IMG/VR virus record: IMGVR_UViG_2541047126_000018
Direction: 5' to 3' (one strand)
Source of the DNA: a virus
Lineage: Duplodnaviria > Heunggongvirae > Uroviricota > Caudoviricetes
Length of the DNA: 6,511 nucleotides
The translations under genes and the position numbers were made by a program. Positions 1 to 6,236 of the stretch are shown here, one piece after another. Every line of letters begins with the position of its first letter. The first letter of the stretch is position 1. The notes beneath the pieces were generated by a model that was not told where the DNA came from, searched no databases, and was given only the letters and a program-made list of their open reading frames with translations.

Positions 1-120
1 CTTCGCGTATCCTTCCCGCGTGTGGCGGTCTATCGTTCTGATTGCCACCTTTAAGGTGTGCTCAGTCATGTCTAACGCTTTATATTTTGGCTCTGTTCTG
101 TCTCTGCGTTTTTGGGTCAT
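1..120 (-). CDS. Hypothetical protein, N-terminal 40 codons only (gene runs off the left edge)
   Basis: Minus-strand ATG at 120-118 preceded by GAGAGG about 9 nt upstream; open frame MTQKRRDRTEPKYKALDMTEHTLKVAIRTIDRHTREGYAK continues to position 1 without a stop. Not in the supplied ORF track because it is incomplete. Lies immediately after the iteron array. Confidence 0.35.
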   Translation of the reverse strand, partial: MTQKRRDRTEPKYKALDMTEHTLKVAIRTIDRHTREGYAK

Positions 121-132
121 TTCTCGCAACCT

Positions 133-322
133 CTCACTTTTTCGCCTCACTTTTTCAAGCGTCTCACTTCGTCGCAGTTGGGATTTTCGGTTTTTCTATG
201 TGTGTGTTTCATAAGTATTTTTTTACCCCTCACTTTTGAGGATGTATACAGGTCGAAAAGTGAGGGAGAGCGGGCTAATTTTGGCCCTCTTTCTATCCCC
301 CTCGCTTTTGCTCCTCACTTTT
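133..322. repeat. Iteron array with AT-rich spacer; putative origin of replication downstream of rep
   Basis: Direct copies of CTCACTTTT or close variants at 133-141, 146-154, 163-170 (CTCACTTC), 229-237, 301-309 (CTCGCTTTT), 314-322, plus an inverted copy AAAAGTGAG at 256-264 forming an inverted repeat with the 229-237 copy; AT-rich stretch about 181-226. The last copy overlaps the rep stop codon (321-323). Confidence 0.55.
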
Positions 323-1721
323 ATAGCGGCGCTACATCATCCCCATCGATACGAATAACCCCATCTTTTTCCAGCTTGTACAGCCAGCGCCGGAAGTTTT
401 TCATTTCATACCCCAGCTTTTTCATGTCATCACGTAACAGCGGGATCGTGCACTTGTCGCCGTTCTGTGTGCGTGAACGGATGCACCCCCATAGCGCGGT
501 ATGGTTTTCCGTCTTGTTCCCTGCCTCCTCGATGCGCTCCAGTTCAACAGGAGGGCGCGGATCATCCACCACCACCAGCAACGTGATTAATTCACCGTCA
601 GCGTCGGTAAAAAGCTCCACCACGCGTAAGTCATATGCGGCTTCTTTGAGTTCCTCCGCGTCCTTCATTTTGGTGCATGAGATAACCAGCGCTTCGCTTC
701 CTGCGTCCTCCCTGCGTATCCGGTATTCAGCATCCAGCGAAGCACGAAATGCACTGGAACCGCGCGCGCCTTTCGTCTCATCCTTGCCGGAATGGTGAAC
801 CACCAGCACCGTGGCCCCTGTGCGTCGTTTCAGTTCGTCACAACCACGGATAAACGCCCCCATATCACGGGAATCATTTTCATCATTCCCACCAAAGCAA
901 CGCGCCAGCGTATCCAGAATAATCATGCGTACAGGTTTACCCGTTTCCCGCTCCACCTGACGGGCAGCGATAACCATTTCATCAACATCAAGCGGGGCAG
1001 CCGGAAAGATGGGGCGGTTTACCAGATACAGATTTTTCACCTGCTCATCGTGCACAACCTCCCAGGCTTTTACACGACGCGGAACACCTATACCGCCTTC
1101 ACCAACCACATAGAGAACCGCACCATGTGCAACCCTGCGGCCTCCCCACTGGCGACCAGTGGCAACATGGCACGCCCACGATCCGGCAAGGAATGATTTA
1201 TAGGACCCGCTAGCCCCGTATATGCTGCATAGCGATACCGCCGGAATAATCCCCTTAACCACGTAATCCAGTTGCGTGTCGTATCCGGTAGATCCAACGC
1301 TCATCGGTAGCGTGGTTTTTCGCTGGTGGTTTTTTTCTTCCGCCGGCTCTTTCCCGCGCACCCGTTCCAGGTATTCGCGCCAGTTCTCCCGCATATGGCT
1401 GTGCATCCCTTCGGGGTAATAATTCGCATCAGTTACACCCGCCGCCGCCAGCTTGTGCGCAATGGCATTAATATTTGATGGCCTGATGTGGCCTGCCTTG
1501 TACAGCCGGACACAATAGCGCCCCTCGTCGATGATTCTCAGTTCTGCCAGTTCATCCAGTTGATCATCAGCCAGCACAACGGGAGGCACATTATCGCCAG
1601 CCAGTCGCCCGTCCTGTTCCTGCCACTGTTTCGCATGTGCCCAGGCATCACTACCCGCAAAAATAATGACTTCGGTCATCTTGTCGTAAGGCTGTTTTTT
1701 TAAGTTCGGTGCGCTTTTCAT
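321..1721 (-). CDS. Replication protein, RecA-fold (AAA_25 / RepA-like) helicase-type ATPase with an N-terminal domain of unassigned type
   Basis: 466-aa ORF; deviant P-loop GASGSYKS, Walker B-like VRMIILD, and VLVVHHSGKD resembling the HH..K motif of RepA/DnaB-like RecA-fold ATPases; SD AGGGG about 7 nt before the ATG; ATGA overlap with the upstream ORF; iterons immediately downstream. Family assignment is from motif recall, not a search. Confidence 0.8.
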   Translation of the reverse strand: MKSAPNLKKQPYDKMTEVIIFAGSDAWAHAKQWQEQDGRLAGDNVPPVVLADDQLDELAELRIIDEGRYCVRLYKAGHIRPSNINAIAHKLAAAGVTDANYYPEGMHSHMRENWREYLERVRGKEPAEEKNHQRKTTLPMSVGSTGYDTQLDYVVKGIIPAVSLCSIYGASGSYKSFLAGSWACHVATGRQWGGRRVAHGAVLYVVGEGGIGVPRRVKAWEVVHDEQVKNLYLVNRPIFPAAPLDVDEMVIAARQVERETGKPVRMIILDTLARCFGGNDENDSRDMGAFIRGCDELKRRTGATVLVVHHSGKDETKGARGSSAFRASLDAEYRIRREDAGSEALVISCTKMKDAEELKEAAYDLRVVELFTDADGELITLLVVVDDPRPPVELERIEEAGNKTENHTALWGCIRSRTQNGDKCTIPLLRDDMKKLGYEMKNFRRWLYKLEKDGVIRIDGDDVAPL

Positions 1722-2017
1722 TTCTTGCCCCTGAATCCGTTAACCATGGTTTTCAGCTTCTGGATGTTTGCCCGTGCCCTGGCGTTGCTGGTGGGCACGT
1801 TATGCGGCGCGGTCTGTACCAGAGAAAAATCACGCCGGAACTGATAAACAGGCATCACGCAATCATATTCGTAACCTTCACGGCGGTAGGTTACGCGCCG
1901 TTCTTCCACGCCCTTAATCATTACCGTGCCGCCGTACTGGTCGCGGTAAATATCACCGCGCGTAAATTTAGGGTGAGTGTTGCCACTGGCAGTTAAGCCA
2001 GAATATTTAAGTTTCAT
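1718..2017 (-). CDS. Hypothetical protein, 99 aa, translationally coupled to rep
   Basis: Complete ORF; GGAGA about 9 nt before the ATG at 2017; its stop overlaps the rep start (ATGA at 1718-1721). No motif recognised. Confidence 0.6.
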   Translation of the reverse strand: MKLKYSGLTASGNTHPKFTRGDIYRDQYGGTVMIKGVEERRVTYRREGYEYDCVMPVYQFRRDFSLVQTAPHNVPTSNARARANIQKLKTMVNGFRGKK

Positions 2018-2022
2018 TATTT

Positions 2023-2256
2023 TTATTCTCCGGTGTGCTGTTCTTTATATCTGTCGTGCAATAGATCTATTTCTTGCAGTTCCATTATTACAGGCTCAAG
2101 AAGCGTTATTAATGCCGTGGCAATTCTTGATTTTTGTTTGTCGCGTTCATTGTCGCCAAGTGTTTCAAGCCATATGCGCAATATTTCCATCATGTTTTCA
2201 CTGTGAGAAAGTGCAAGAAATGCGCGGTCTATTGTTTGGTGGTAAATATCACGCAT
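2023..2256 (-). CDS. Hypothetical protein, 77 aa, predicted helical
   Basis: Complete ORF; GAGGA about 8 nt before the ATG at 2256; start overlaps the stop of the upstream 154-aa ORF by 8 nt. Confidence 0.55.
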   Translation of the reverse strand: MRDIYHQTIDRAFLALSHSENMMEILRIWLETLGDNERDKQKSRIATALITLLEPVIMELQEIDLLHDRYKEQHTGE

Positions 2257-2713
2257 GGCTTACATCCTCAGGAAATTTTCTTCTATAACGCGCCTCTGCC
2301 ACATATTCCGCATAATCGGCGGCGATATTCAGTACATCAAGCCCCGTTGATTTATATTCTCTCGTGGAAAGTAAGAAAAAAGCCGCTCTAATAAGTTCTG
2401 GCATTGACGAAAGCGCATCAGCCGCATCATCAGGAACGCCGGAAAATTCCTGTTTCAGGGAATTAAAACGATCATCACGCATAACCCCCCCATTTTCACA
2501 ATCAGCAATCAGGATAGCTTTGGCCTCATTCAGCGCCGTATCAGCACTAAATTGCATGACAGCCAGTGAGTGAGGAACGAAAGCACCGGCATATTCTGTT
2601 TCGCTGGTGGCGTGCTTATGTGCCCTGTCCGCGATAACAGAAATATCAATCAGCGCGTGCATCAGCGTTTTGATGGCTTCGGCGGCTGCGTCCGGTGTGG
2701 TTTTATTGTGCAT
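2249..2713 (-). CDS. Hypothetical protein, 154 aa
   Basis: Complete ORF; AGGGGA about 7 nt before the ATG at 2713; overlaps the upstream ORF by 11 nt; position before the replication gene recalls the small genes preceding the replication gene in P4-like elements, but no homology is claimed. Confidence 0.65.
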   Translation of the reverse strand: MHNKTTPDAAAEAIKTLMHALIDISVIADRAHKHATSETEYAGAFVPHSLAVMQFSADTALNEAKAILIADCENGGVMRDDRFNSLKQEFSGVPDDAADALSSMPELIRAAFFLLSTREYKSTGLDVLNIAADYAEYVAEARYRRKFPEDVSHA

Positions 2714-2915
2714 AAAGCATCCCCTGAATATTCGTGTTAATCATTCCGGCACGTTTTGTGATTTCCTGTAATGATTCCCTTGTGGCGACAATTGCTTCAT
2801 CTGGTAAGTGGTAATTACACACCACGCGACCTTTATCCACATTGACCAGTAGCTGCCCTGTGAATTTCTCACGAAACTGAATGCGGTTAAGGTCAGTAAG
2901 TGACAGATTAATCAT
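2703..2915 (-). CDS. Hypothetical protein, 70 aa (start moved to the internal ATG at 2915)
   Basis: Track ORF 2703..2957 trimmed: the ATG at 2915-2913 has a consensus SD AGGAGGTG 4 nt upstream and sits 2 nt after the stop of the upstream ORF (ATGATTAA junction); the 2957 start has no SD and would overlap the upstream gene by 50 nt. Confidence 0.6.
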   Translation of the reverse strand: MINLSLTDLNRIQFREKFTGQLLVNVDKGRVVCNYHLPDEAIVATRESLQEITKRAGMINTNIQGMLYAQ

Positions 2916-3111
2916 GGCGCACCTCCTGACGAATACGGGCGGCAAATACAGCAACACAACCTGACGGGCAACGGCTACGCGCTTCGCGTTCCGTCCAGGC
3001 GGTTACGTGGATGATTTGAGATTCTCCGGCACTCAGGGCCAGAAAACGCCAGATGTATTTATTCAGGTTGTGCGAGTCCCGCCCTTGCGGGTGTGTGGTA
3101 TGATTTAACAT
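2908..3111 (-). CDS. Hypothetical protein, 67 aa, first gene of the replication-side operon
   Basis: Track ORF 2908..3606 trimmed to the internal ATG at 3111-3109 with GAGGT SD; the longer version would run through the divergent promoter region and the RHH gene on the other strand. Confidence 0.5.
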   Translation of the reverse strand: MLNHTTHPQGRDSHNLNKYIWRFLALSAGESQIIHVTAWTEREARSRCPSGCVAVFAARIRQEVRHD

Positions 3112-3190
3112 AGCTACCTCGATACTGTTGCTATCGTTGGTTGTTAGACGCCCTGCATGTGTGCCACCACTGCGGGGCGTTGTTATTTGG

Positions 3191-3301
3191 TGCATCGCAC
3201 CATCTGTTTTTAACCTATCAGCAAGTGAATCGCACTTCAAGCCTTTTCTCTGAATTTTTTTTGTGTATACTGAATCGCACCAACTTAGAGAGGATTCAGT
3301 A
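3191..3301. promoter_or_regulatory. Divergent promoter/operator region between the RHH gene (+) and the small-gene/rep operon (-)
   Basis: Three direct copies of the 10-mer TG(A/C)ATCGCAC at 3191-3200, 3226-3235 and 3271-3280; plus-strand -10-like TATACT at 3266-3271; candidate minus-strand promoter TTGAAG (plus 3235-3240) with 17-bp spacer to TAGGTT (plus 3212-3217); inverted repeat CTGAATC/GATTCAG (3269-3275 / 3293-3299) flanking the RHH SD. Confidence 0.4.
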
Positions 3302-3481
3302 ATGGCAACAGGTTCAACAAATAATAAGTCGCAACAGTTAAATGCCAGATTCCCGCATGATGTTGTTGCAGACTTAGAAAAAAATTTAGATGAAGGTGAA
3401 AGCAAAGCGCAATTTATAGTTACTGCCGTTAAAGGCGAAATCAAACGCCGCCAGCGCCGCAAGGCCAAAGAGCAGGAATAG
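3302..3481 (+). CDS. Ribbon-helix-helix (CopG/Arc/MetJ-type) DNA-binding regulator, 59 aa
   Basis: ATG at 3302 with SD AGAGAGGA 7 nt upstream (the track's 3263 start is a GTG without SD); the segment QLNARFPHDVVADLEKNLDEGESKAQFIVTAVKGEIKR fits the beta-strand/helix/helix RHH pattern; basic C-terminal tail; only plus-strand gene in the element. Confidence 0.65.
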   Translation: MATGSTNNKSQQLNARFPHDVVADLEKNLDEGESKAQFIVTAVKGEIKRRQRRKAKEQE

Positions 3482-3569
3482 CCCACCAGCAAGCCAGCAC
3501 ACTGAGCACATTGCCCACCAGACAGCAAATCGCTATGATGTTCGGGCTTATGTTTAGTGTTTTCCCATT

Positions 3570-3598
3570 GGCGACCGCCACAGGTCGCCTTTGTTTTA
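3570..3598 (+). terminator. Rho-independent terminator downstream of the RHH gene
   Basis: Stem GGCGACC (3570-3576) / GGTCGCC (3583-3589), loop GCCACA, followed by TTTGTTTTA (3590-3598). Confidence 0.55.
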
Positions 3599-3615
3599 TG
3601 TGTCATATGTTCCCC

Positions 3616-3840
3616 CTACGCTGCCTTACCTGAATTAATACGATCCCGGCTTTTAACCCATTCCATAACCTCGGAAAGCAGCCAACCTACTGAACGACCA
3701 CCCAGATTACGGCGTGACGGGAAATTCCCTTTTTTCTCCAGTTCGTAGCGTGTAGTGCGGCACACTCCTGTTAACTTACGGCATTCATCCTCACGGATTA
3801 CGCGATCTGATAGTGATTGAAATTGTGTATTTTGATTCAT
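3616..3840 (-). CDS. alpA: AlpA-family (MerR-like HTH) prophage transcriptional regulator / excision activator
   Basis: 74-aa ORF; segment CRKLTGVCRTTRYELEKKGNFPSRRNLGGRSVGWLLSEVMEWV matches the AlpA HTH signature (...GxSRST.Y.L...G.FP.P..LGGRSV.W...EV..W...) from memory; located downstream of a P4-type integrase. Confidence 0.8.
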   Translation of the reverse strand: MNQNTQFQSLSDRVIREDECRKLTGVCRTTRYELEKKGNFPSRRNLGGRSVGWLLSEVMEWVKSRDRINSGKAA

Positions 3841-3875
3841 AAAAAAACGTCCTCGAACGTTGCCGAACGAGGACG
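3841..3875 (-). terminator. Terminator/attenuator-like hairpin plus U-tract between the cargo gene and alpA (minus-strand sense)
   Basis: 8-bp stem CGTCCTCG (3848-3855) / CGAGGACG (3868-3875) with 12-nt loop; on the minus strand it is followed by 7 U (plus A7 at 3841-3847) and then directly by the alpA ATG (3840); the GAGGA in the 3' arm is the only SD-like element for alpA. Confidence 0.5.
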
Positions 3876-3902
3876 ATTCTAGGCGGTAGTAAAACGCCGT
3901 TT

Positions 3903-3935
3903 GTGTGATATCACACTACCAGCACGTGATATCAC
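3903..3935. promoter_or_regulatory. Paired palindromes, candidate operator in the cargo-alpA intergenic region
   Basis: Perfect 14-bp palindrome GTGTGATATCACAC (3903-3916) and second copy of the core GTGATATCAC (3926-3935), the latter overlapping the cargo stop codon; minus-strand -10-like TAGAAT (plus 3876-3881) nearby. Confidence 0.4.
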
Positions 3936-4705
3936 TTTTTACGTTTTTGTTGAGATTCACGCCCCAAATACTTTTGCCATGTCTGCCAATGTGTTTTTGG
4001 AAATTCTATCCCTCTGGATGCAGCTATAGAATCAATTAAATCTGCTATTTTAGGTAATGATTCCGTGTCCAGGTCTACATCACCCATTTCTGGAATAAGT
4101 TTAATTAAAGAGTAAATAACCTCATTCCTTTTTGACGATGCTTTTGGGCTATCTTCTGTTATCTTCGGGAAGTCTCCCGTATTTTTTATATTATCTAAAT
4201 CACTAGCCATCACACACAAATAGTTAACATCAAATTCATAACCACCCTTACAAAAAACATACATGAGATTATCATCACCATACTTATTCGTAAGATGAGA
4301 ACATTTTATATATTGTCTCATGCTAAATTCGACATCAGCAAAAACATATGCCGGAGTATAATAAAACCCTGATAAGCTGCTAACATAATAACATTTGATA
4401 GAATTCCCTACAGGACCAATAATGGCACTATCTAAAAATTCAGTGTCACCAGTTAAACCAACTGTAAAATTACTTCCAAAAACAGCAGATTCATCATTGA
4501 AAGGATATTTTATTAATTCTTCCTCATTACAACCATTGATAAAATGACATAATGAAAAATTGAATTTTTTAGCATCAATTTTTGGTATATATACAGAAAT
4601 ATTAAGAGCACCTATATATGCGTAATGATAAAGATCTTTTATTGCACAGCCTAACTTTTCTGCCGCTTCAGGTAACGGATAATAGAGTCTTTTAGGTAAT
4701 TTCAT
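3932..4705 (-). CDS. Hypothetical low-GC cargo protein, 257 aa, translationally coupled to the integrase; candidate accessory/defence gene
   Basis: Complete ORF; ATG at 4705-4703 overlaps the int stop TGA (4704-4702) as ATGA, with SD GAAGGTGG inside the int 3' end; GC by eye about 30-35 percent versus about 50 percent in int and rep; no catalytic motif recognised; terminator follows. Confidence 0.8.
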   Translation of the reverse strand: MKLPKRLYYPLPEAAEKLGCAIKDLYHYAYIGALNISVYIPKIDAKKFNFSLCHFINGCNEEELIKYPFNDESAVFGSNFTVGLTGDTEFLDSAIIGPVGNSIKCYYVSSLSGFYYTPAYVFADVEFSMRQYIKCSHLTNKYGDDNLMYVFCKGGYEFDVNYLCVMASDLDNIKNTGDFPKITEDSPKASSKRNEVIYSLIKLIPEMGDVDLDTESLPKIADLIDSIAASRGIEFPKTHWQTWQKYLGRESQQKRKK

Positions 4706-5925
4706 TTGGCCACCTTCAGCATAACAATATTTTCATGATTTCCAGCCAGCACATCGAGGCGCTCAACCCATAGATTAAGAGCGTCACGTTTTGCATCAAG
4801 ATAACGGGAGTGATTATAGACTCGTTGCATTCCTGGCAACTGGTGCGCGGTAAGCTGCTCCACAACATGCGGTTCCACGCCTAAATCGTTCAGCATCGTT
4901 GTAAACGTGTGCCGGATGTCGTGCAACGTCCAGGGGGCTTGATTAATGCGTCTGTGTGCCGTTCTTCCGTACTCTGATACGGATGATTGCCCTTTCAGTT
5001 CTCCGAGCAATAAGCCCGTGTGCCTGTTCTGCTCCACCAGCTTCATGACAAACGGCAAGATCGCTTCCGGTATTGGCCTGAATATTGCTACCTTCGTTTT
5101 GCTGTGTTCTTTCGGCACGGTCCAGAGCATTTCTTTAAAATCCCATTCCTGGACCTCAGAGCGTCTTAGCTCAGTGGTACGACATCCGAAGACAATCAGG
5201 AGGCGAATCAGGGCGCTGTAGTACGGTGGGTAAATTTTTTCATCAAGGGCGCGTAGTAATTCCCCAAGCTCCTTGTTTGTTAGTACGCGCTCGCTTATTT
5301 CTGCTTTTTTCCCAACATCACCGACAACCATATCATCAAGAACGTTGCTGATTGCGTATCGTCGTTTTCGGCAGTACTTAAGCGCCTGTTTGCATACCTG
5401 TAGCAAAAATCCGGCTGATACCGGATTACGCTTAGCAAGCTGGTCAAAACAGGCCAGCCAGTGGCGTAGCTCGCATTTTTCCAGTGGCATAGCTCCAATC
5501 TGGCTAATTATGTGTTTATTGATCCGGCTTTTCAGTGATTCGTAGTCAGTGCGCTTTTCCTTTGCGTACGATTCAAGCCAGTAAGTGAGCGCTTCCTTAA
5601 CCGTCACGGGGGCTAACGCGTCCTGTACAGCATGATTAAGTTCATAGCGCGGATTTTTCCCCTCAGCCAGCCATGCGCGACATTGCGACGCTTTTTCCCT
5701 GGCTGCTTTCAGGCTCAAATCTGGATAATTTCCCAGCCTCAGACGTTCAGGTGATATCTGCCTACCAGTTCCGGACCTGTAAGTGAAATACCAGGTTAAC
5801 AGGCCATTGGTTGAATGCCTTACGCTAAGGTTGCCACCATCATTAAAAAAGGTGCTTTTTGTGGTTGGTGATCCGCTTAATTTTCGTAAAAGAGTGTCGC
5901 TAAGTCTATGAATTGCCCTGCTCAT
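4702..5925 (-). CDS. int: Tyrosine recombinase / integrase, P4 family (DUF4102-type N-terminal arm-binding domain)
   Basis: 407-aa ORF; N-terminal NDGGNLSV...LGNYPDLSLKAAREKA matches the DGGGLYL...LG.YP..SL..AR pattern of P4-type integrases; box I-like CRTTELRRSEV; box II LHDIRHTF...LTAHQ...RVYNHSRY with the catalytic Tyr candidate. Confidence 0.93.
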   Translation of the reverse strand: MSRAIHRLSDTLLRKLSGSPTTKSTFFNDGGNLSVRHSTNGLLTWYFTYRSGTGRQISPERLRLGNYPDLSLKAAREKASQCRAWLAEGKNPRYELNHAVQDALAPVTVKEALTYWLESYAKEKRTDYESLKSRINKHIISQIGAMPLEKCELRHWLACFDQLAKRNPVSAGFLLQVCKQALKYCRKRRYAISNVLDDMVVGDVGKKAEISERVLTNKELGELLRALDEKIYPPYYSALIRLLIVFGCRTTELRRSEVQEWDFKEMLWTVPKEHSKTKVAIFRPIPEAILPFVMKLVEQNRHTGLLLGELKGQSSVSEYGRTAHRRINQAPWTLHDIRHTFTTMLNDLGVEPHVVEQLTAHQLPGMQRVYNHSRYLDAKRDALNLWVERLDVLAGNHENIVMLKVAK

Positions 5926-5946
5926 GTTTCGTGTTTCCGGTCATCA

Positions 5947-5974
5947 AAATTAACTACACCATTGACTACACCGT
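5947..5974 (+). repeat. Direct repeat A1 (AAATTAACTACACCATTGACTACACCGT) containing two ACTACACC octamers 12 bp apart
   Basis: Read directly; ACTACACC at 5953-5960 and 5965-5972; near-identical copy at 6179-6206. Confidence 0.8.
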
Positions 5975-5988
5975 GCATCGTACAAGGG

Positions 5989-6236
5989 CGAACTGTGACG
6001 AACAAGGGCGAACAAGAAAAACGAAATTATCCTTTATAATCATAGAAATAAATTAGATGCCCACACCATGACGAACACCCACGAACACTAACTGATAAAT
6101 AACTATCATTTATAACATTTCATTGATTAGTCTTTATTTTTCACTATGTTACAAATAACAACTCCGTCAAAAACAGCGAAATTAACTACACCATTAACTA
6201 CACCGTTTCACGAACAATATCGAACAACCACGAACA
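5989..6236 (+). repeat. Eight same-orientation CGAAC(A/T) sites in three clusters with 10-bp phasing; candidate integrase arm-type sites or iterons
   Basis: CGAACT at 5989; CGAACA at 5999, 6009, 6072, 6082, 6211, 6221, 6231; within each cluster the spacing is exactly 10 bp; a 12-mer ACAAGGGCGAAC is duplicated at 5982 and 6002. Confidence 0.75.
6179..6206 (+). repeat. Direct repeat A2 (AAATTAACTACACCATTAACTACACCGT), second copy of A1, 232 bp downstream
   Basis: Read directly; ACTACACC at 6185-6192 and 6197-6204; followed by the CGAACA triplet at 6211-6236, the same arrangement as A1 plus its triplet. Confidence 0.8.

Noticed and set aside
112-798. 228-aa plus-strand ORF (and the overlapping 20..214 and 42..239 ORFs) across the iterons and the rep 3' end
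   Set aside because: Antisense to the well-supported rep gene and running through the iteron array; low-complexity Ser/Phe/Leu-rich translation typical of iteron or antisense reading; no SD.
792-1703. Plus-strand ORFs 792..1196 and 1488..1703 and minus-strand ORF 1088..1297 inside rep
   Set aside because: All lie within or antisense to the rep coding region, which has motif support; none has a convincing ribosome-binding site.
1709-2573. Plus-strand ORFs 1709..1996, 1977..2288, 2134..2391 and 2364..2573
   Set aside because: Antisense to the chained, SD-supported minus-strand small-gene operon; they overlap each other and would break the observed translational coupling.
2703-2957. 84-aa version of the fourth small ORF starting at 2957
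   Set aside because: The internal ATG at 2915 has a consensus AGGAGGTG SD and abuts the upstream stop; the 2957 start lacks an SD and overlaps the upstream gene by 50 nt.
3263-3301. GTG start at 3263 for the RHH gene (72-aa version)
   Set aside because: It would start inside the predicted -10 element and lacks an SD; the ATG at 3302 has AGAGAGGA at ideal spacing.
2908-3606. 232-aa minus-strand ORF as given in the track
   Set aside because: The long form reads through the divergent promoter, the RHH gene and its terminator, with a Cys/Ser-rich low-complexity translation; only the last 67 codons (from the ATG at 3111 with SD) are plausible.
3557-3748. 63-aa plus-strand ORF overlapping alpA
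   Set aside because: Antisense to the motif-supported alpA and spanning the RHH terminator; no SD.
4946-5545. ORFs 4946..5221 (+), 5273..5545 (+) and 5295..5498 (-) inside int
   Set aside because: They are nested in or antisense to the integrase gene, which has clear catalytic-box support.
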